DNA of 64,000 nucleotides from the human T2T-CHM13v2.0 reference genome, Homo sapiens (GCF_009914755.1 NC_060934.1), one strand, 5' to 3'. Shown: positions 40,813 through 55,521, numbered from the stretch's first letter. Notes: generated by a model from the sequence alone, not told the origin. Program-made: numbers and translations.

Positions 40813-41536
40813 CAGTTTTGTGTATACAATGGTGGAGGTACATAGTAAAGCAGCAGCTACTAGGAGGGATTAGAAGGACCTGTTAATAGATTTTTATCTA
40901 GGTACTTTGTATCAGTCAGGACAAGCTAGTCAAGGAGGCAGAGCAGAAAAATATTTGAGGAAATATGGCCAAAAATTTCCTTAAATGGATTAAAGTCATG
41001 AACCCTCATATCCAAGATTCCCAAGTCTCAGTAACTGAAGACAACAAAGATTTATTTCTCATGCACACAAAGTTCACTGAGGCTCTGGGAGATCTGCCTC
41101 AGCTTTTTAAGACAATGTCACACCATTCTCGGTATGGTCCCCAGTGCAGGACTCTTTAGAAGAGCAGTCTTTGCTTCAGAGTTTTGTCTTTTGGTGGCAA
41201 AGACCCTGCCCTGTCTGTACTGTGGTCTGATGGCTCCTGCTGCCCAGTCCTGCTTTCTCCCTTTTGCCTTTTGTAACTTTTACTTCATAATTAAAGGTTT
41301 ACACCCCTAACTCTATCACCACAACTACTTCCTGGAGAATCTAATGTGTGACATGTCCCTTCCTTTTTCACCCCATCATCATGGAAGGAACTTGGAAATC
41401 AAAGTTAAACAAATTGAGAAAGGTCATTTCCCCACTTTTTGGCTCACAAAGAAGTATTTTCCACTAAATTCAGAGCACATTTTAATGAAAACAGGCCTAG
41501 GTAGGAGGCAAATATTCATTTAGCATAGTAAGAGGC

Positions 41537-41935
41537 TGTCTTAGTCTGTTTTGTGTTGCTATAAAGAAATATCAGAGACTGGGTAATTTATTTAAATAAA
41601 AGGTTTATTTGGTTCATGGTTCTAATGACTGCAAAGTTCAATATTGGGCATCTACATCTGGTGAGGGCTTCAGGCTGCTTCTATTCATGAAAGAAGGTGA
41701 AGGGGAGCTGCATGTGCAGAGGTCACATGAGAAGGGGGGATGTTCCAGCTTTTTAACAACCAGCCCTCATAAGAACTAATAGAGTGAGAATTCATTCACC
41801 TCTGAAAGAAAGCATTAATCAATTCATGAAGGATCTGCCCCCATGATCCAAATGACCCCCATTAGCCCCAACCCCAATGTTAGAGATCAAATTTCAATAT
41901 GAGGTTTAGAGGGGACAAACACCCAAACCTTTGCA
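41537..41935 (-). mobile_element. MST-family (MSTB/C-like) MaLR LTR
   Basis: tgtcttagtctgttttgtgttgctataaag...aggggacaaacacccaaacctttgca. Confidence 0.82.
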
Positions 41936-42116
41936 AGGGTATTATTTTGTAAGACAAATGGCCTAAGTCATAGTAATAGGAGGAAAAGGCTGTCATTGGT
42001 CTTCAGAAGAATATGAATTCTTAGTGGAGTCAGAGGAAGCCAGCTGTGGCCTATCCCTGGGGAGAGAGAGAGTTCAAATGGTCTTGCTTAACATTTGCCT
42101 CTTTTTCTTCTTTCAG

Positions 42117-42159
42117 AGCCAGGCCACAGTCGGGCAGAGGAAAACCCATCAACACCCAA
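42117..42159 (+). pseudogene. Candidate exon C (43 nt, phase 1 to 2): (E)PGHSRAEENPSTP(N)
   Basis: Textbook acceptor gcttaacatttgcctctttttcttctttcag| and donor CAA|gtgagg. Confidence 0.65.
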
Positions 42160-43172
42160 GTGAGGATTTTGTTGGCAGATTTTATAAACCCAAAAAGACC
42201 TGAGATTAAGGTTCTTTTATTTTGTGGGATAATATTCGCCCAAATTGGCCATATAAAGAGATCTTAGCCCCCAAAATCCCAACCAACAGTTTTCTGGTGC
42301 TGTGCTACTTTAGGCTGTTTACTAGAACACCCGAGTAATATTTTCATTTTTTATTTTTTCAAAGGTTGCTTTTTTTTCCATCCCAGTTCAGTGTGTTTAA
42401 TCTGGGGAGAAAAACACATGGCAGTACTTAGAAAGGGGTTGCTTCTGTTCCTAGCACTTGGCTGCTCTTTGTCTGAGCTTTTGTACCAACAGAGAGAACA
42501 ACTGTCCAACTTTCTCTTAATGCTCCTTCCCTCAAAAGGGCCATGTTTAGTGCAAGGAGAAGGGATCCTTGTTGTACTGGTGATACATACATCTGTCTTT
42601 GCGTCTAGGATTTCTTTGGTGCAAACTGGTCTAATTTTATGAACCTCAGTTGTTTGCTTATTTTATAAAGTAGTTTCTCAAAGTCTGAAGTATGAGTCTC
42701 ATAAAACTCAAAATGCTTCCACAAACCCCTTGGGCTAAGGTACCATGCTATCTTCCCAGCCACATCTCCTGCCCCTTCTTATGGGCTCCATCAGCTCATG
42801 TCATGATAACTTTCTTGCCGTCTACAAAATGTATTTTGTCAATATTATTTCCTCTACTTGAAATGAGATATACCCGTTGTCAACCTGGCTAAAATGTGAT
42901 CATTTTGTGGAATTCAGCTTAAATCACCTCCTCCTAAGAGCTGTCTTGGGAGCTGACTCTTTGTCTTTCCTGAAGCTGGCAGTTTTCTATCTTCTTCTCT
43001 GACTCTTCTTTCCTCTAATCACCTAGACTGAGAACTGGTAACTTAGTGATAGGGTTTATATAAAAGACTAAAATTTTCTTGTAAATATTGTACATGTATC
43101 CCTAGCTCTGTTCATATCACTCAAATGAAGTAGAAAACATCTATAAAATGACAATGCTTCTTAAATAAATAC

Positions 43173-43538
43173 TGTATTAGTCTGTTCTCATGCTGCTAAT
43201 AAAGACATACCTAAGACTGGGTAATTTATAAAGAAAAAAAAGTTTAACAGACTCACAGTTCACATGGCTGGGGAGGCCTCACAATCATGGCAGAAGGCAA
43301 AGGAGGAGCAAAGGCATGTCTTACATGGTGGCAGGCAAGAGAGAGAGTGTGCAGGGGAACTGTCCTTTATAAAACCATCAGATCTCGTGAGACTTATTCA
43401 CTATAACGAGAACAGCATGGCAAAAACTTGCCCCCTTGATTAAATTACCTCCCACCAGGTCCCTCCCACAATATGTGGGGATTATGGGAGCTACAATTCA
43501 AGATGAGATTTGGGTGGGGACAGAGCCAAACCGTATGA
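43173..43538 (-). mobile_element. THE1C/D solo LTR
   Basis: tgtattagtctgttctcatgctgct...gccaaaccgtatga; TSD aatac. Confidence 0.92.
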
Positions 43539-43753
43539 AATACCTTACTAAAACAAAGCAGTGGTATAAATATCATCATTGCTATTCTCTTTAATATATA
43601 TTACTGAAATAGGAGGTATTTAGTTCAGAAATATATGATGGGCCAAAATCCTGGAAGAGAAATGAAGAGAGAAATTTAATTAATCGAATTTAAATTGTCA
43701 AGACTCTTCCTTGGTTTTATCAAAATTTTGCTTCTGAATCTCTATTTGTCTAG

Positions 43754-43807
43754 TGAAGGACTAGGTTACATTTCTAATTCCAGAGATGGAGTGTGGGCAA
43801 AATACAA
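43754..43807 (+). pseudogene. Candidate exon D (54 nt, phase 2 to 2): EGLGYISNSRDGVWAKY(K)
   Basis: Acceptor tctctatttgtctag|, strong donor CAA|gtaagt, open frame. Confidence 0.62.
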
Positions 43808-43974
43808 GTAAGTTTTTTTGCTTCTTCTTATCCTCCTGAGATGCAGAGGGGAAAAACAAGAAAGGTCATTGGTGAAACAGACAGTGGAACATTCAAGTTT
43901 CTTACAATGCGGGATAGGGTAAGTGCCCACTGGCAGTAGAGAGGTGGGGATAGATTTGTTTCCAAAATTCATAG

Positions 43975-44092
43975 ATTTCTAAGGAATTACAGTCTTTCTT
44001 CATGGTTGGATCAGGAGAACACTGGCATGGCAGTCTCAGCAGCAGCAGAATGGGCTGGCTGTGTGTCCTATCACCTCAGAATGCCCCTACAG
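43975..44092 (+). pseudogene. Candidate exon E (118 nt, phase 2 to 0): FLRNYSLSSWLDQENTGMAVSAAAEWAGCVSYHLRMPLQ
   Basis: Acceptor ttgtttccaaaattcatag|, strong donor CAG|gtgagg, 39 open codons (overlaps ORF 44006-44200). Confidence 0.62.
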
Positions 44093-44444
44093 GTGAGGAC
44101 CATTGTCCCTGGATTACAGAGTCAACTGGATACACCCCTGATTTTGTCAAGGCTGGTAGGGTATTTTGGGTACAGACTGCCTAGACACATTATTAATTAG
44201 TATTTGTTTTGCTTTAATTTCTAATTTAAACATTACTTTGTTTATCTTTAAATAGGTAATATAATCATGTTACACAAAAGGTACCAAATATTATACCATA
44301 AAAATCAGTCTCTTTCCTACCCTCTCTAGCCATCCAATTCTCCCCAGATGGGACAGCTGTAATTACCTGCTTGTGCATCTTCCTCTCAACCAATGGTGGC
44401 ATAATAGTCACATGAGTCCACACCTGGCGTTTTTAACTTAATAG

Positions 44445-44813
<369 letters not shown>

Positions 44814-45789
44814 TAGTATTTAATCAGTAAATAAATCATTTAATCTGTCCCCTCTTTAGAGATTTTTAGGTTTTTTTCCCTTCAATTACAAATAATGCTG
44901 ACATGAATATTCTTGAACACATGCTATTTCTTATATGTGTAGGTTTGTGCATTTAATCTTTGATATTAGCAATTTATTCTACAGAGGTTGTACCTATTTA
45001 AAATCCCATAAGTTTGAGAGTGCCTGTTTTCCCATACTCTAACAGAGAGTATTATCAAACTTTTGATTTTTGATGTTCTGATGAGTGAAAAATGGTATCA
45101 CATTATGGTGACAAATTGCATTTCTCTTATGTGCAGAGCTGCCATATGGTTGTGAAAGTTGTGCACTGCATAAATCCGGGAAGATTGTTTTAAATACACC
45201 CTGACATGAATAGTGCCGTCTCAAATTCTTGATGTCCAATCTGTATAACCATGGGCTGTGTCCCTATTCTGTGTGAGGTTGAAGTTGAGCCAATTTCACA
45301 TGATTGAAAGTCATTATGTAGTAGCTCCTTTTCTATTAACTAGCATATTCCTTAATCATTTTCTATAGGTTGTTGGATTGTTTAAGTTGTAGGAGTTTTG
45401 CATATATTATATATTACCACATAGGTAGTAGTATACATTTGAAATATATTTTTCTAATTCATTGTATTTTGATTTTGTGTATGTATATTGCTTTCACGGA
45501 AGGTTTTTTTTTTTTGGTTATATGCTTAAACTTATCAATCTTTTCATTTATGGCTACTTTTATTTTGGGCCTTGTTTAGAAAGCTCTCCTTGATTCCAAA
45601 ATTTTTGTTCAGTATATATTCTCCAATATTCTTATGTAAGTGGAGGAAAAAGGAGAACTCTTTTTATTTTTTTAACAATACAAATCCAATTAGTTTGTGG
45701 AGAAGAAATGATAGAAATAAATTATTGTTAGGCAAACAAGATACTAATAATTTTAGGCAAGAATCACTGTTGGGTGCTAAAATTAAGGG

Positions 45790-46250
45790 TAAACTTGTGA
45801 TAAGAAACAGGTAGGATATTGCACAGATTCAAAGTATCTCTCAACAGGTACTCACTAATTCCAAAGGGAAAAAGAGTAACTTTATAGTGGAGACACCACC
45901 ATAGATACAACCTTAACAAGTGGTCAAAATGCACACTATCCATGGAAAGAAACTGACACCATGTGCCTCCTGATATGATGTGCTGAGAAGGGCACCTCAT
46001 CCCTTCTGTGGGATTCTTGCCAAAAATACACAGTCTCAATCTAATCGTCAGCAACTGTTGACAAACCCAAACTGAGAAGCATTCTACAAAATAACTGGTC
46101 AATGCTCTTCATAAGTGTCAAGGTCATGAAAGACCAAGGGAAAAAAAAAAAAAAGACTGGGTAACTGTTTCATACTGAAGGAGACTCAGGGAATTTGGCA
46201 ACTAAGTGCAATATGGAATCTTGGACCAAAAACAAAGGACATTAGTGAGA
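45790..46250 (+). mobile_element. L1MC/L1ME 3' fragment
   Basis: caaagggaaaaagagtaactttatagtggag...gacaaacccaaactgagaagcattctacaaaataactgg. Confidence 0.7.
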
Positions 46251-46302
46251 AGAGACCCCTTCCAGTTTGTGAGAAGCCCCTGACCAACCTTGTATTTTTC
46301 AG

Positions 46303-46430
46303 AGGCGCTTTGCTTTTTTCTTTAAACCCAATCTGCCCTCTTTATTTTTTTCACAGAGGACACTGAAGTTCCATTAAGCCTGGATCCTGAGTCATTAGTC
46401 CCCAAAAAACAAATTTCCCATTCTCCAAGG
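46303..46430 (+). pseudogene. Candidate exon F (128 nt, frameshifted at T7 run 46345-46351): RRFAFFFKPNLPSLFF / TEDTEVPLSLDPESLVPKKQISHSPR
   Basis: Branch ccctgac, acceptor ttgtatttttcag|, strong donor AGG|gtaagg; both halves open but in different frames. Confidence 0.58.
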
Positions 46431-47358
46431 GTAAGGAAATGTTAGCATTCAACTTCCTGAGGTGAAGGGCATTCCAGTCCCTCTATATTTCTATTTCTTC
46501 TATTTCTTCTAAGGCAAATGGAGAGTAAACAAACAGGACAATCTGAATAAATATTTGTGTTTCTACAAAGAAAACTTATTTCCCATGTGGAGGTTCTCTA
46601 CTCCCTAACTGCTGGGGTTGAAATGTTGATCTTTGCCTGAATTAGAGTTTCAAAAACAGTAAACTTCTCATATTTAAAACAGTACCTTTCTGCATGTGAT
46701 TTCTCTAGGGATACCCAAGAGTTACATTGAATAAGGTTTTAAAATAGAAGTAATGGCTTTAATATCAGTTTTGTATCTACTGAAACAACGCATGATTAAT
46801 TCTCTCTTTAAAAAATGGTGGGCTCAACTTATTAAATAAGTAAATCTAACTCTTGTTAAAAAAAAAAAAGAGTAAGAGATGCAACTGCAGTCTTCTTTAA
46901 AATAATAAAAACAGAAACAAACACAGCATTCAAAATATAAATAGCAGAAAATAAGTTGATGAAATTCTCCAAATGAAAGATTCAGGTTCCCAACAAAGAG
47001 AACCACTGGTTCTCTAATTTATATAAATAAAGATGTTTATGAATGAAAAGAGAAAAGAATTTCTGAAAAAATATGATGGCCTTTCATTGCTTTTTCTCTC
47101 TGAGGTTTTTCAGTTATTTCCTTGACTTCAGCTATTTCCTATGATTCAGTAGTATCAGGCTTCTAGAATAAATGAAGAGGCAAGTAAATAATCTGTCTTG
47201 AATTACATACCAATAAACTATGGAAACAGGGACATATGAAATACTCAGACAATTTTTAATTTGTGCATTTTAGGCATTATTCTCATGATCCCTTGTATCT
47301 TGGTTCTATAGTGAGTCATTTTATCTGAAAATGATATATCTTTTACTTAAACAGCGTT

Positions 47359-47699
<341 letters not shown>

Positions 47700-48751
47700 T
47701 CAGCAACTGTATTTTCAGTATTTATTCAAACAGTTCTAATAATCGAAGTCAGTCAGTGGACTCTATTTTCACTTGATCATTTAAACTTTCACTTCGTCAC
47801 TTTTTATTTGTCAAGAAAAATATGTTTATAAATTACTTAGTATTTTCATATGTTTATATAAAATCTTCAAAATTCCATTCTTCTACCTTAAAGCATGGAA
47901 ATCTCTATAAATTATAGAATACGAATATTATTTTAAAGAATCTTGGCTTCTCTACTAATATTGCTGGTATAGCACAACAATGCTTTATAAGTAGTTTTAA
48001 CCATCATATAATTTTCCTAATAGTTACAATATTGGCAAATCTACATTCATGCTTAATTACATATTTCTACCACTTACATATCTCCAAAACACTGGATGCT
48101 TTGCTTGGGTCATAGGGTAAATTGCCATGGAAATGGAATCTAGTGGCCTTGGTTTTAAGGCCAAAGTAATACATAACAGCTTGACTTTAGCTCTTAAGGT
48201 GAGTTTTGTCTTGCATGGAGGACCATCTTAGACCCTTTACATTCTAAGTTGCTGTATTCAGGACTAGTGGATGATGGAATTTCTAGTGTCATCTGCTTAT
48301 TGTCCATTTTGATGAGTAAATTACAATTCAAGATTTTGTAGTTAGTGTATAGAAATTACAAATATTTCTTTTCACAATAACTAATCCTTTTTAACACAGT
48401 AATTTGCATAAGTATAAATTATACATTCTATTCAAATTTCCAAGTGATGCAATTAGTAATGCCAACATTAGAATAATACTTTTTGAGTTGCATTATGTTC
48501 ACTAAAATGTTCAAAGATGTGTATGGGAGGCTGAGCTGGGAGGATCCTTTGAGTGCAGGAGTTCTAGACCAATCTGGTGAAATAGTGAGACTCAGAAAAA
48601 GAAAAAATGCTCAGCAATGTAATGAACATCCAAAATTGCAAGGCCCACATGAAAAATGATGTGTACAATCAACATTAATGGACTCAAAGAAAAAAAATCA
48701 CAAGTGTTGTTTAATGACTGTTAGAATTTGAATGTTAAAGAGCAGGACTAG

Positions 48752-51093
48752 TGTATTAGTCTGTTCTCATGCTGCTAATAAAGACATATGCCAGACTGGG
48801 TAATTCATAAAGGAAAGAGGTTTAATGGACCCACAGTTCCACATGGCTAGGGAGGCCTCATAATCATGGTGGAAGGCAAAGGAGGAGCAAAGGCATGTCT
48901 CACATGGTGGCAGGCAAGAGAGCATGAGAGCCAAGCAAAAAGGGTTCCCCTTATAAAACTATCAGATCTTGTGACACTTATTCACTACCACAAGAGCAGT
49001 ATGGGGGAAAATGACCCCATGATTCAATTATCTCCCACTGGGTCCCTTCCACAACACATGGGAATTATGGGAGCTACAATTCAAGATGAGATTTGGGTGG
49101 GGACACAGCCAAACCATATCATTCTACCCCTTGCCTCTCCCATGTTTCAAAACCAATCATGCCTTCCCAACAGTCCCCCAAAGTCTTAACTCATTTCAGC
49201 ATTAACTAAAAAGTCCACAGTCCAAAATCTCATCTGAGACAAGGCAAGTCCCCTCCACCTATGAGCATGTAAAATCAAAAGCAAGCTAGTTACTTCCTAG
49301 ATACATTGGGGGTACAGGCACTGGGTAAATACAGCTGTTCTATATGGGAGAAATTGGCCAAAACAAAGGGGTTCCAACCCCCATAAGTTCAAAATCCAGT
49401 GGGGCAGTCAAATATTAAAGCTCCAAAATCATCTCCTTTGACTCCTTGTCTCACATCCGGGTCACACTGATGCAACAGGTGGGTTCCCAAGGCCTTGGGT
49501 AGCTCCACCGCTGTGACTTTGCAGGGTACAGCCCCTTTCCTGGCTGCTTTCATGGGCTAGCATTGTGTCTGTGGCTTTTCCAGGTGAATGGTGTAAACTG
49601 CTGGTGGATCTACCATTCTGGAGTCTGGAGGATGGTGGATCTACCATTCTGGAGTCTGGAGGATGGTGGCTCTCTTCTCAAAGCTCCACTAGGCAGTGCC
49701 CCAGTGGGGACTCTGTTGGGGGGGGGATCTGACCTCACATTTCCCTTCTGCACTGCCCTAGCAGAGGTTCTCCATGAGGGCTCTGCCCCTGCAGCACACC
49801 TCTGCCTAGATATCCAGGTGTTTCCATACATCCTCTGAAATCTAGATGGAGGTTCTCAAATCTCAATTCTTGACTTCTGTGCACCATCAGGCTCAATACA
49901 TACCACATGGAAGCTGCCAAGGCTTGGGGCTTGCACACTCTGAATCCATGGCCCAAAGTGTACATTGGCCACTTTTAGCCATGGCTGGAGCAGTTGGAAT
50001 GCAGGGCACCAGGTCCCTAGGCTGCATGCAGCAGGCGGACCCTGGACCCAGCCCATGAAACCATTTTTTCCTCTTGGGCCTCTGGGCCTGTGATGGGAGA
50101 GGCTGCCATGAAGGTCTCTGACATGCTCTGGAGACATTTTCCCCATTGTCCTGGTGATTAACATTTGGCTCCTTGTTACTTATGCAAATTTCTGCAGCAA
50201 GTATGAATTTCTTCTCAGGAAATGGGTTTTTCTTTTCTATTGCATAGTCAGGTTGCAAATTTTCTGAACTTTTATGCTCTGTTTCCCTTTTAAAACTGAA
50301 TGCTTTTAACAGCACACCCAAGTCACTTCTTGAATGCTTTTCTGCTTAGAAATCTCTTTTGCCAGATACCCTAAATCATATCCTTCAATTTCAAAGTTCC
50401 ACAAATCTCTACAGCGGGACAAAATGCTGCCAGACTCTTTGCTAAAACATAGCAAAAGCCACCTTTACTCCAGTTCCCAGTAAGTTCCTCATCTCCATCT
50501 GAGACCACCTCAGCCTGGATTTCATTGTCCATATCATGATCAACATTTTGGTCAAAACCATTCAATAAGTCTCTAGGAAGTTCCAAAGTTTCCCACATTT
50601 TCCTGTCTTCTTCTGAGCCCTCCAAATTGTTCCAACCCCTGCCTGTTACCCAGTTCCAAAGTCACTTCCACATTTTCAGGTATCCTCACAACAGCACCCC
50701 ACTCCACTGGTACCAATTTACTGTATTAGTCTGAAATCATGCTGCTAATAAAGACATACCTGAGACTGGGTAGTTTATAAAAGAAAGAGGTTTAATTGAC
50801 TCACAGTTCCACATGGCTGGAGAGGCCTCATAATCATGGCAGAAGACGAAGGAGGATCAAAGGTATGTCTTACATGGTGGCAGTCAAGACAGAATGAGAG
50901 CCAAGGGAAAGGGGTTTCCCCTTATAAAACCATCAGATCCCATGAGACTTACTCACTACCACAAGAACAGTATGGGGGAAACCACCCCCCATGATTCAAT
51001 TATCTCCCACCAGGTCCATCCCACAACATGTGGAAATTATGGGAGCTACAATTCAAGATGAGATTTGGGTGGGGATACAGTCAAATCATATCA
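48752..51093 (-). mobile_element. Complete THE1C/D MaLR element (LTR 48752-49121, internal, LTR 50722-51093)
   Basis: Two matching LTRs around a ~1.6-kb THE1-int; TSD actag / accag. Confidence 0.93.
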
Positions 51094-51509
51094 ACCAGTA
51101 GCTCAGTATTGTATGTACAAGGTCTCATGTATAAGGACCATGTAGTCATGCTGTGACTGCAATGAAAAAAATTATGTAAGAAGTGGAATATATGTAGAAC
51201 TACATTTTCCTTTCGGCACAGGTAGAAATGTGTTTACAAAAGGTAGAGATTAAAGGTGAAGTAAAAATCTCACCCTATTTTGAGTAACAGAAAATGAAAT
51301 ATCTTTATTTTGGTATTTTTTTCTTTTTGGACTTTTTCTTTATTTCAATATATCAGCTTCATGATGAAAAGCTTAGATTAATGTGATGAAGAAAATTATT
51401 TCTGTTTAATAGTTTGTTTTGTTACTTAGTCTTTGTGTGAAGTTGGTCTCAGTCTTTCATTAAATAAACATTGCAGAATATTTTATTCCTCTTTTTTTAA
51501 TTCTTACAG

Positions 51510-51594
51510 GAGTCATATTTAAAATAAATCCGCCATGCCTGCAATCAACTGTTCAAAAAATTATTAACTCCTTCAAGATGACTTGAAGTTTGAG
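51510..51594 (+). pseudogene. Candidate exon G (phase 0, nonsense codons): ESYLK*IRHACNQLFKK...
   Basis: Very strong acceptor ttttattcctctttttttaattcttacag|G; TAA at 51525-27; donor uncertain (GAG|gtctat). Confidence 0.4.
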
Positions 51595-51982
51595 GTCTAT
51601 TAAAAATTAAAACAATTTTAACCCTTTGACTTGGCGACTAATCTCTGGAGAGTCATAATTTTCATCACCTTACATAATTTCAATTGTTAATATCACAGGT
51701 TATACTCTACTTGAAACTAAAAATTAAAACTTTAAATACTTAATAATTAAAACTTTTCATTGTTAGATATATCTATGTGCTATAATAAAAAAAGTGGGAT
51801 TCTTTCCCTTCCACTTATTTCAAAAGATTCTATAGTTGATCATCATGCATCATCCTTTACTTATTTTTTCTATTGTACAAGTATTTGAGTTAAACTTTTG
51901 TTAATTGTAAGTGTTAAGTATTTGCATATGATTTAAAATCTTGAAATGAGTGATGGAAAATATAACAATTTTGAAATGAAAA

Positions 51983-52385
51983 TGTATTGGTCCATTCTCA
52001 CATTGTTATAAAGAAATACCTCAGATTGGGTAATTTGTAAAGAAAGAGGGTTAATTGGCTCACAGTTCTGCAGGCTGTACAGGAAGCATAGCAGCTTCTG
52101 CTGCTGGAGAGGCCTCAGGAAACTTACAATCATGGCAGAAGGTGAAGGGGAAACAGGCACATCTTACATGGCTGGAGCAGGAGTAAGAGAGAGAGAGAGT
52201 AGGAAGGTGCCACATACTTTTAAACAACAAGATCTCATGAGAACTCACTATCGTGACAACAGCACCAAAGGGGGGATGGTGTTAAACCATTCATGAGAAA
52301 CTGCCCCCATGATCCAATTACCTCCCACCAAGCCCCACCTCCAGCATTGGGGATTACATTTCAACATGAGATTTGGGTGGGGACA
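51983..52385 (-). mobile_element. MSTA LTR
   Basis: ggctcacagttctgcaggctgtacaggaagcat...gagatttgggtggggaca. Confidence 0.9.
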
Positions 52386-53384
52386 ATTCTGCACAATTTT
52401 AGACCACAAACTCTAATAATTTGTGGAAACAAAACTTACTATGCCCAAAATAATGCTGCCTTGGAACCAGATGCAAGCAGACTGGGCTGGGCCTTCAAAC
52501 ATGAAGAGCCTTCTAAATGCAGGCCATAGGATCCTCTCTAATCAGGGTGGTAGTCACCACATGTTACTGGAAAGACTCAAGCCCAGACTTCCTTTTCTAG
52601 CAGTAATCTTGTATCATCTTGATCAAGCCAAAATCTCTGGCCCAGTTTGGCCAGAAAACCCTAGAGAGATCAGACCCAGGATCCTGGCCTCAGTAGTTCC
52701 ACATGCTGTAGGATTACCTTACAGCTCACAACAGGCAAAAAGAAGAGCTCTTTGATCCATTCCCTCTACTTTCAACACACTGGCCTTCTTGGGGGAGCCT
52801 CTCAACCACATTCTATTCAGTATAGTTTATTCTGGTGATTTGGAACTGGGTTTTAGATTAACCTAGTTCTTCTCAGTTCAGGGGATCCTTTCTTAAACCA
52901 GCACAGTTACTCTGGTTTTTGTTTGTTTGTTTTTTAAGACAAACTAAATGTCAGAAGCCAACCTAGGGGAACCACTTTTTACCTAGACGTTGCTCTGACA
53001 GGAGTACCTACTGTTTATCCACCAGTATGAATTACACATTCCAGGTAGAAGAATTTCTTCCACCACTGGAATAAGCCATTTTGGAGCATCCCTCACAGAA
53101 GATGTTATCTCAAAGGGGTAGGTTGTCTCAGACATCTGTTTTTACTCTTTTTCTAAGCGAAATGTACCCTATTTTATCTTAAACTTCACAACCACTAGCA
53201 AACAAGCTGCTATCTCCACAATGCAAATTACAGAAACCAAGTTCAGAGTCAAAAGAATGTAAAAACTTGTCTAAGAAGTAAATGATTGCTACTTAAGGAC
53301 CTCGTCCACTAAGTTAAGCTGATTTTAAAGGCCCGGAGTCAAGTACACAATGAGCCTTATTTACTTTGAAACTCTATCATTCAG

Positions 53385-53622
53385 GCTTTTAAATGATCTT
53401 TTTTATAGAGTGGCTGCCTCTCGTCTGAGGGGATCTTATTTTTCGCTGTGGGCACTTGGTAGTGTTACCCTTCTGAATAGCCAACAGGACTTCCCACTGT
53501 TTCATGACCATTTGCAGAGCAGTGTCAGTCTTTGGAGCCATTAATTTTTTTTTTTTCTCCTCGGTACAAGAATACAAACACTCTGAAATTGTGCCAAGAT
53601 TTCGCTTCCCCCATAGCATGAG
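53385..53622 (+). pseudogene. Candidate exons H (53385-53458) and I (53571-53622): LLNDLFYRVAASRLRGSYFSLWAL-E-YKHSEIVPRFRFPHSM
   Basis: ttcag|G...CTTG|gtagtg, 112-bp intron, then tttttctcctcggtacaag|AA...GAG|gtaaag; both open and phase-compatible. Confidence 0.5.
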
Positions 53623-54088
53623 GTAAAGAGGATTTACAGGCAAAGAGCGCCCTTGAACGGCAGCCAACAAAGCAGATAACTTTTAAATAACACAGTGTGG
53701 TGGAAGAAACTGCCTTGTGGCAATCTACTGTTGAGAGAAATAGCAACTATTTATGGTACATATTGGCATATGTATGCTTAAGCTCTAGAAACGGTGAAAG
53801 GTTACCACACTGTTTATAGCTTTCCTTACATAGGTAACACTGAACTGAATGTTAAAGAAAACAGAAGTCTTTACATTTTTATTATTTATCTTCGACTAAT
53901 TTCAGTTGATTTACAACAATAAACCATATGACTAATTCAATTTGGATGGAAATGAATTCAAAGACTGCATTAAAAGGAACATATTGTGATCATCTACCTA
54001 GTATTGTACAGATGTACCCTTTCACTTGAGGCAAATTTAGATTTCAAAAGTAGATAAACAATAGATAATTGCTTTCTTTACTGAAGAG

Positions 54089-54443
54089 TTATCTTAGTTC
54101 AGGTTGCTATAACAAATACAAGTGCATTAAACAACACACATTTATTTCTCACAGTTTTGGAGGCTGAGAAGTGCAAGATCGAGGTGTGAGCAGATTCAAT
54201 ATCTGGTGACGGTTCTCTTCCTGGTTTGCACACAGCTGCCTTCTTCATGTATCCTCATGTTGCAGAGACAGAGCTCATGTTTTTTCCTCTTAAGGGCAGT
54301 AATCACATTATGAGGGCCTTACTCTAGTGACCTAATATAATCCTAATTATCTCCCAAAGGCCCCACCTCTAAATACCATCGCATTGGGGATTAAGGATTC
54401 TACATATAAATTTTGGGGGGACACTAACTTTCAGTCCCTAGTA
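54089..54443 (-). mobile_element. MLT1A0-like LTR
   Basis: ttatttctcacagttttggaggctgagaagt...ctcccaaaggccccacctctaaatacc. Confidence 0.85.
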
Positions 54444-54872
54444 AAGGTTCTTTGCTTTTTGTCTGTGAAGTAATTCATTCTCAGATTTCTCTAAATAGTA
54501 AACTCTCTTACTGTTCTCAAAGTATAATTAGATTTCAAAAATTCTTTTTTTAAAAAATCTATTTTCTAGAACATATCTACTGAGTCAAATGAAGTTTTTT
54601 TGTGCTAAGACTCTCGGGTTGCTAAAAATGGGAGAGCTGATACTATCATGTGGTTTAATTAGTTTCTGACACTAACAGCACCAAAGGACTTGTGGGTAGC
54701 GCATGGGAGATAAAACGTCATCTAGGCATGGAAATAGATATGTTGACTATGACACAATCTAGGGGAGAAAGATGCTGAGTCTGAAGGTCCATAATAACTT
54801 AGATGCAGCAAGAGTGTTTTCTGGGGTGGGGTGGGAAAATCCATCATGATTTCTTACCTCTTCTAGTCCTAG

Positions 54873-54982
54873 TTTACGTTCACCTACAACTATAACATTG
54901 CGAAATTAACACGAATTAACATAGTTAACTTCCTGCTCAAATACTTCAATATCAGGAAAGAAAATTGGCTGATTTAGGGAAG
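54873..54982 (+). pseudogene. Candidate exon J: FTFTYNYNIAKLTRINIVNFLLKYFNIRKENWLI*G(R)
   Basis: Acceptor ttcttacctcttctagtcctag|, strong donor AAG|gtaaga, 34 open codons then TAG; start phase does not match exon I. Confidence 0.42.
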
Positions 54983-55201
54983 GTAAGACCAAGTTTCATT
55001 AAAAATTACATAAAAGACACATTTTATGATCTCTGCATGTATGGATAATGCCAACTTACTAGACTAGGACTGTTGGGAACAAAATTCTGTAGATCCAGCC
55101 AGGAACTTAATGGTGGTCGGTAAGGCTTTAGATGAGTGCCTCTCAAACTTTTTCACACCAAGATACTTACAGAAAATGACAATATTTGTAAGTCACACTG
55201 A

Positions 55202-55455
<254 letters not shown>

Positions 55456-55490
55456 TTACATGCTACAGGTTCAAGTTGTAAATGAGATAT

Positions 55491-55521
55491 TGTGTGTGGG
55501 GGTGTGTGTGTGTGTGTGTGT
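55491..55521. repeat. (TG)n microsatellite
   Basis: Interrupted TG repeat. Confidence 0.9.

Noticed and set aside
43841-43918. Exon-like segment MQRGKTRKVIGETDSGTFKFLTMRDR with strong AGG|gtaagt donor
   Set aside because: Lies within the 167-bp D-E intron and would leave 33- and 56-nt introns. It could only be a cryptic or mutually exclusive exon, so it was not used.
48866-50625. Cluster of 60-140 aa ORFs
   Set aside because: Fragments of THE1 LTR/internal sequence; the same applies to the Alu-, MLT2- and L1-antisense ORFs elsewhere.
52423-52755. 110-aa ORF in apparently unique DNA (also 3130-3438, 102 aa)
   Set aside because: Non-ATG starts, no motifs, no convincing splice sites; compatible with chance.
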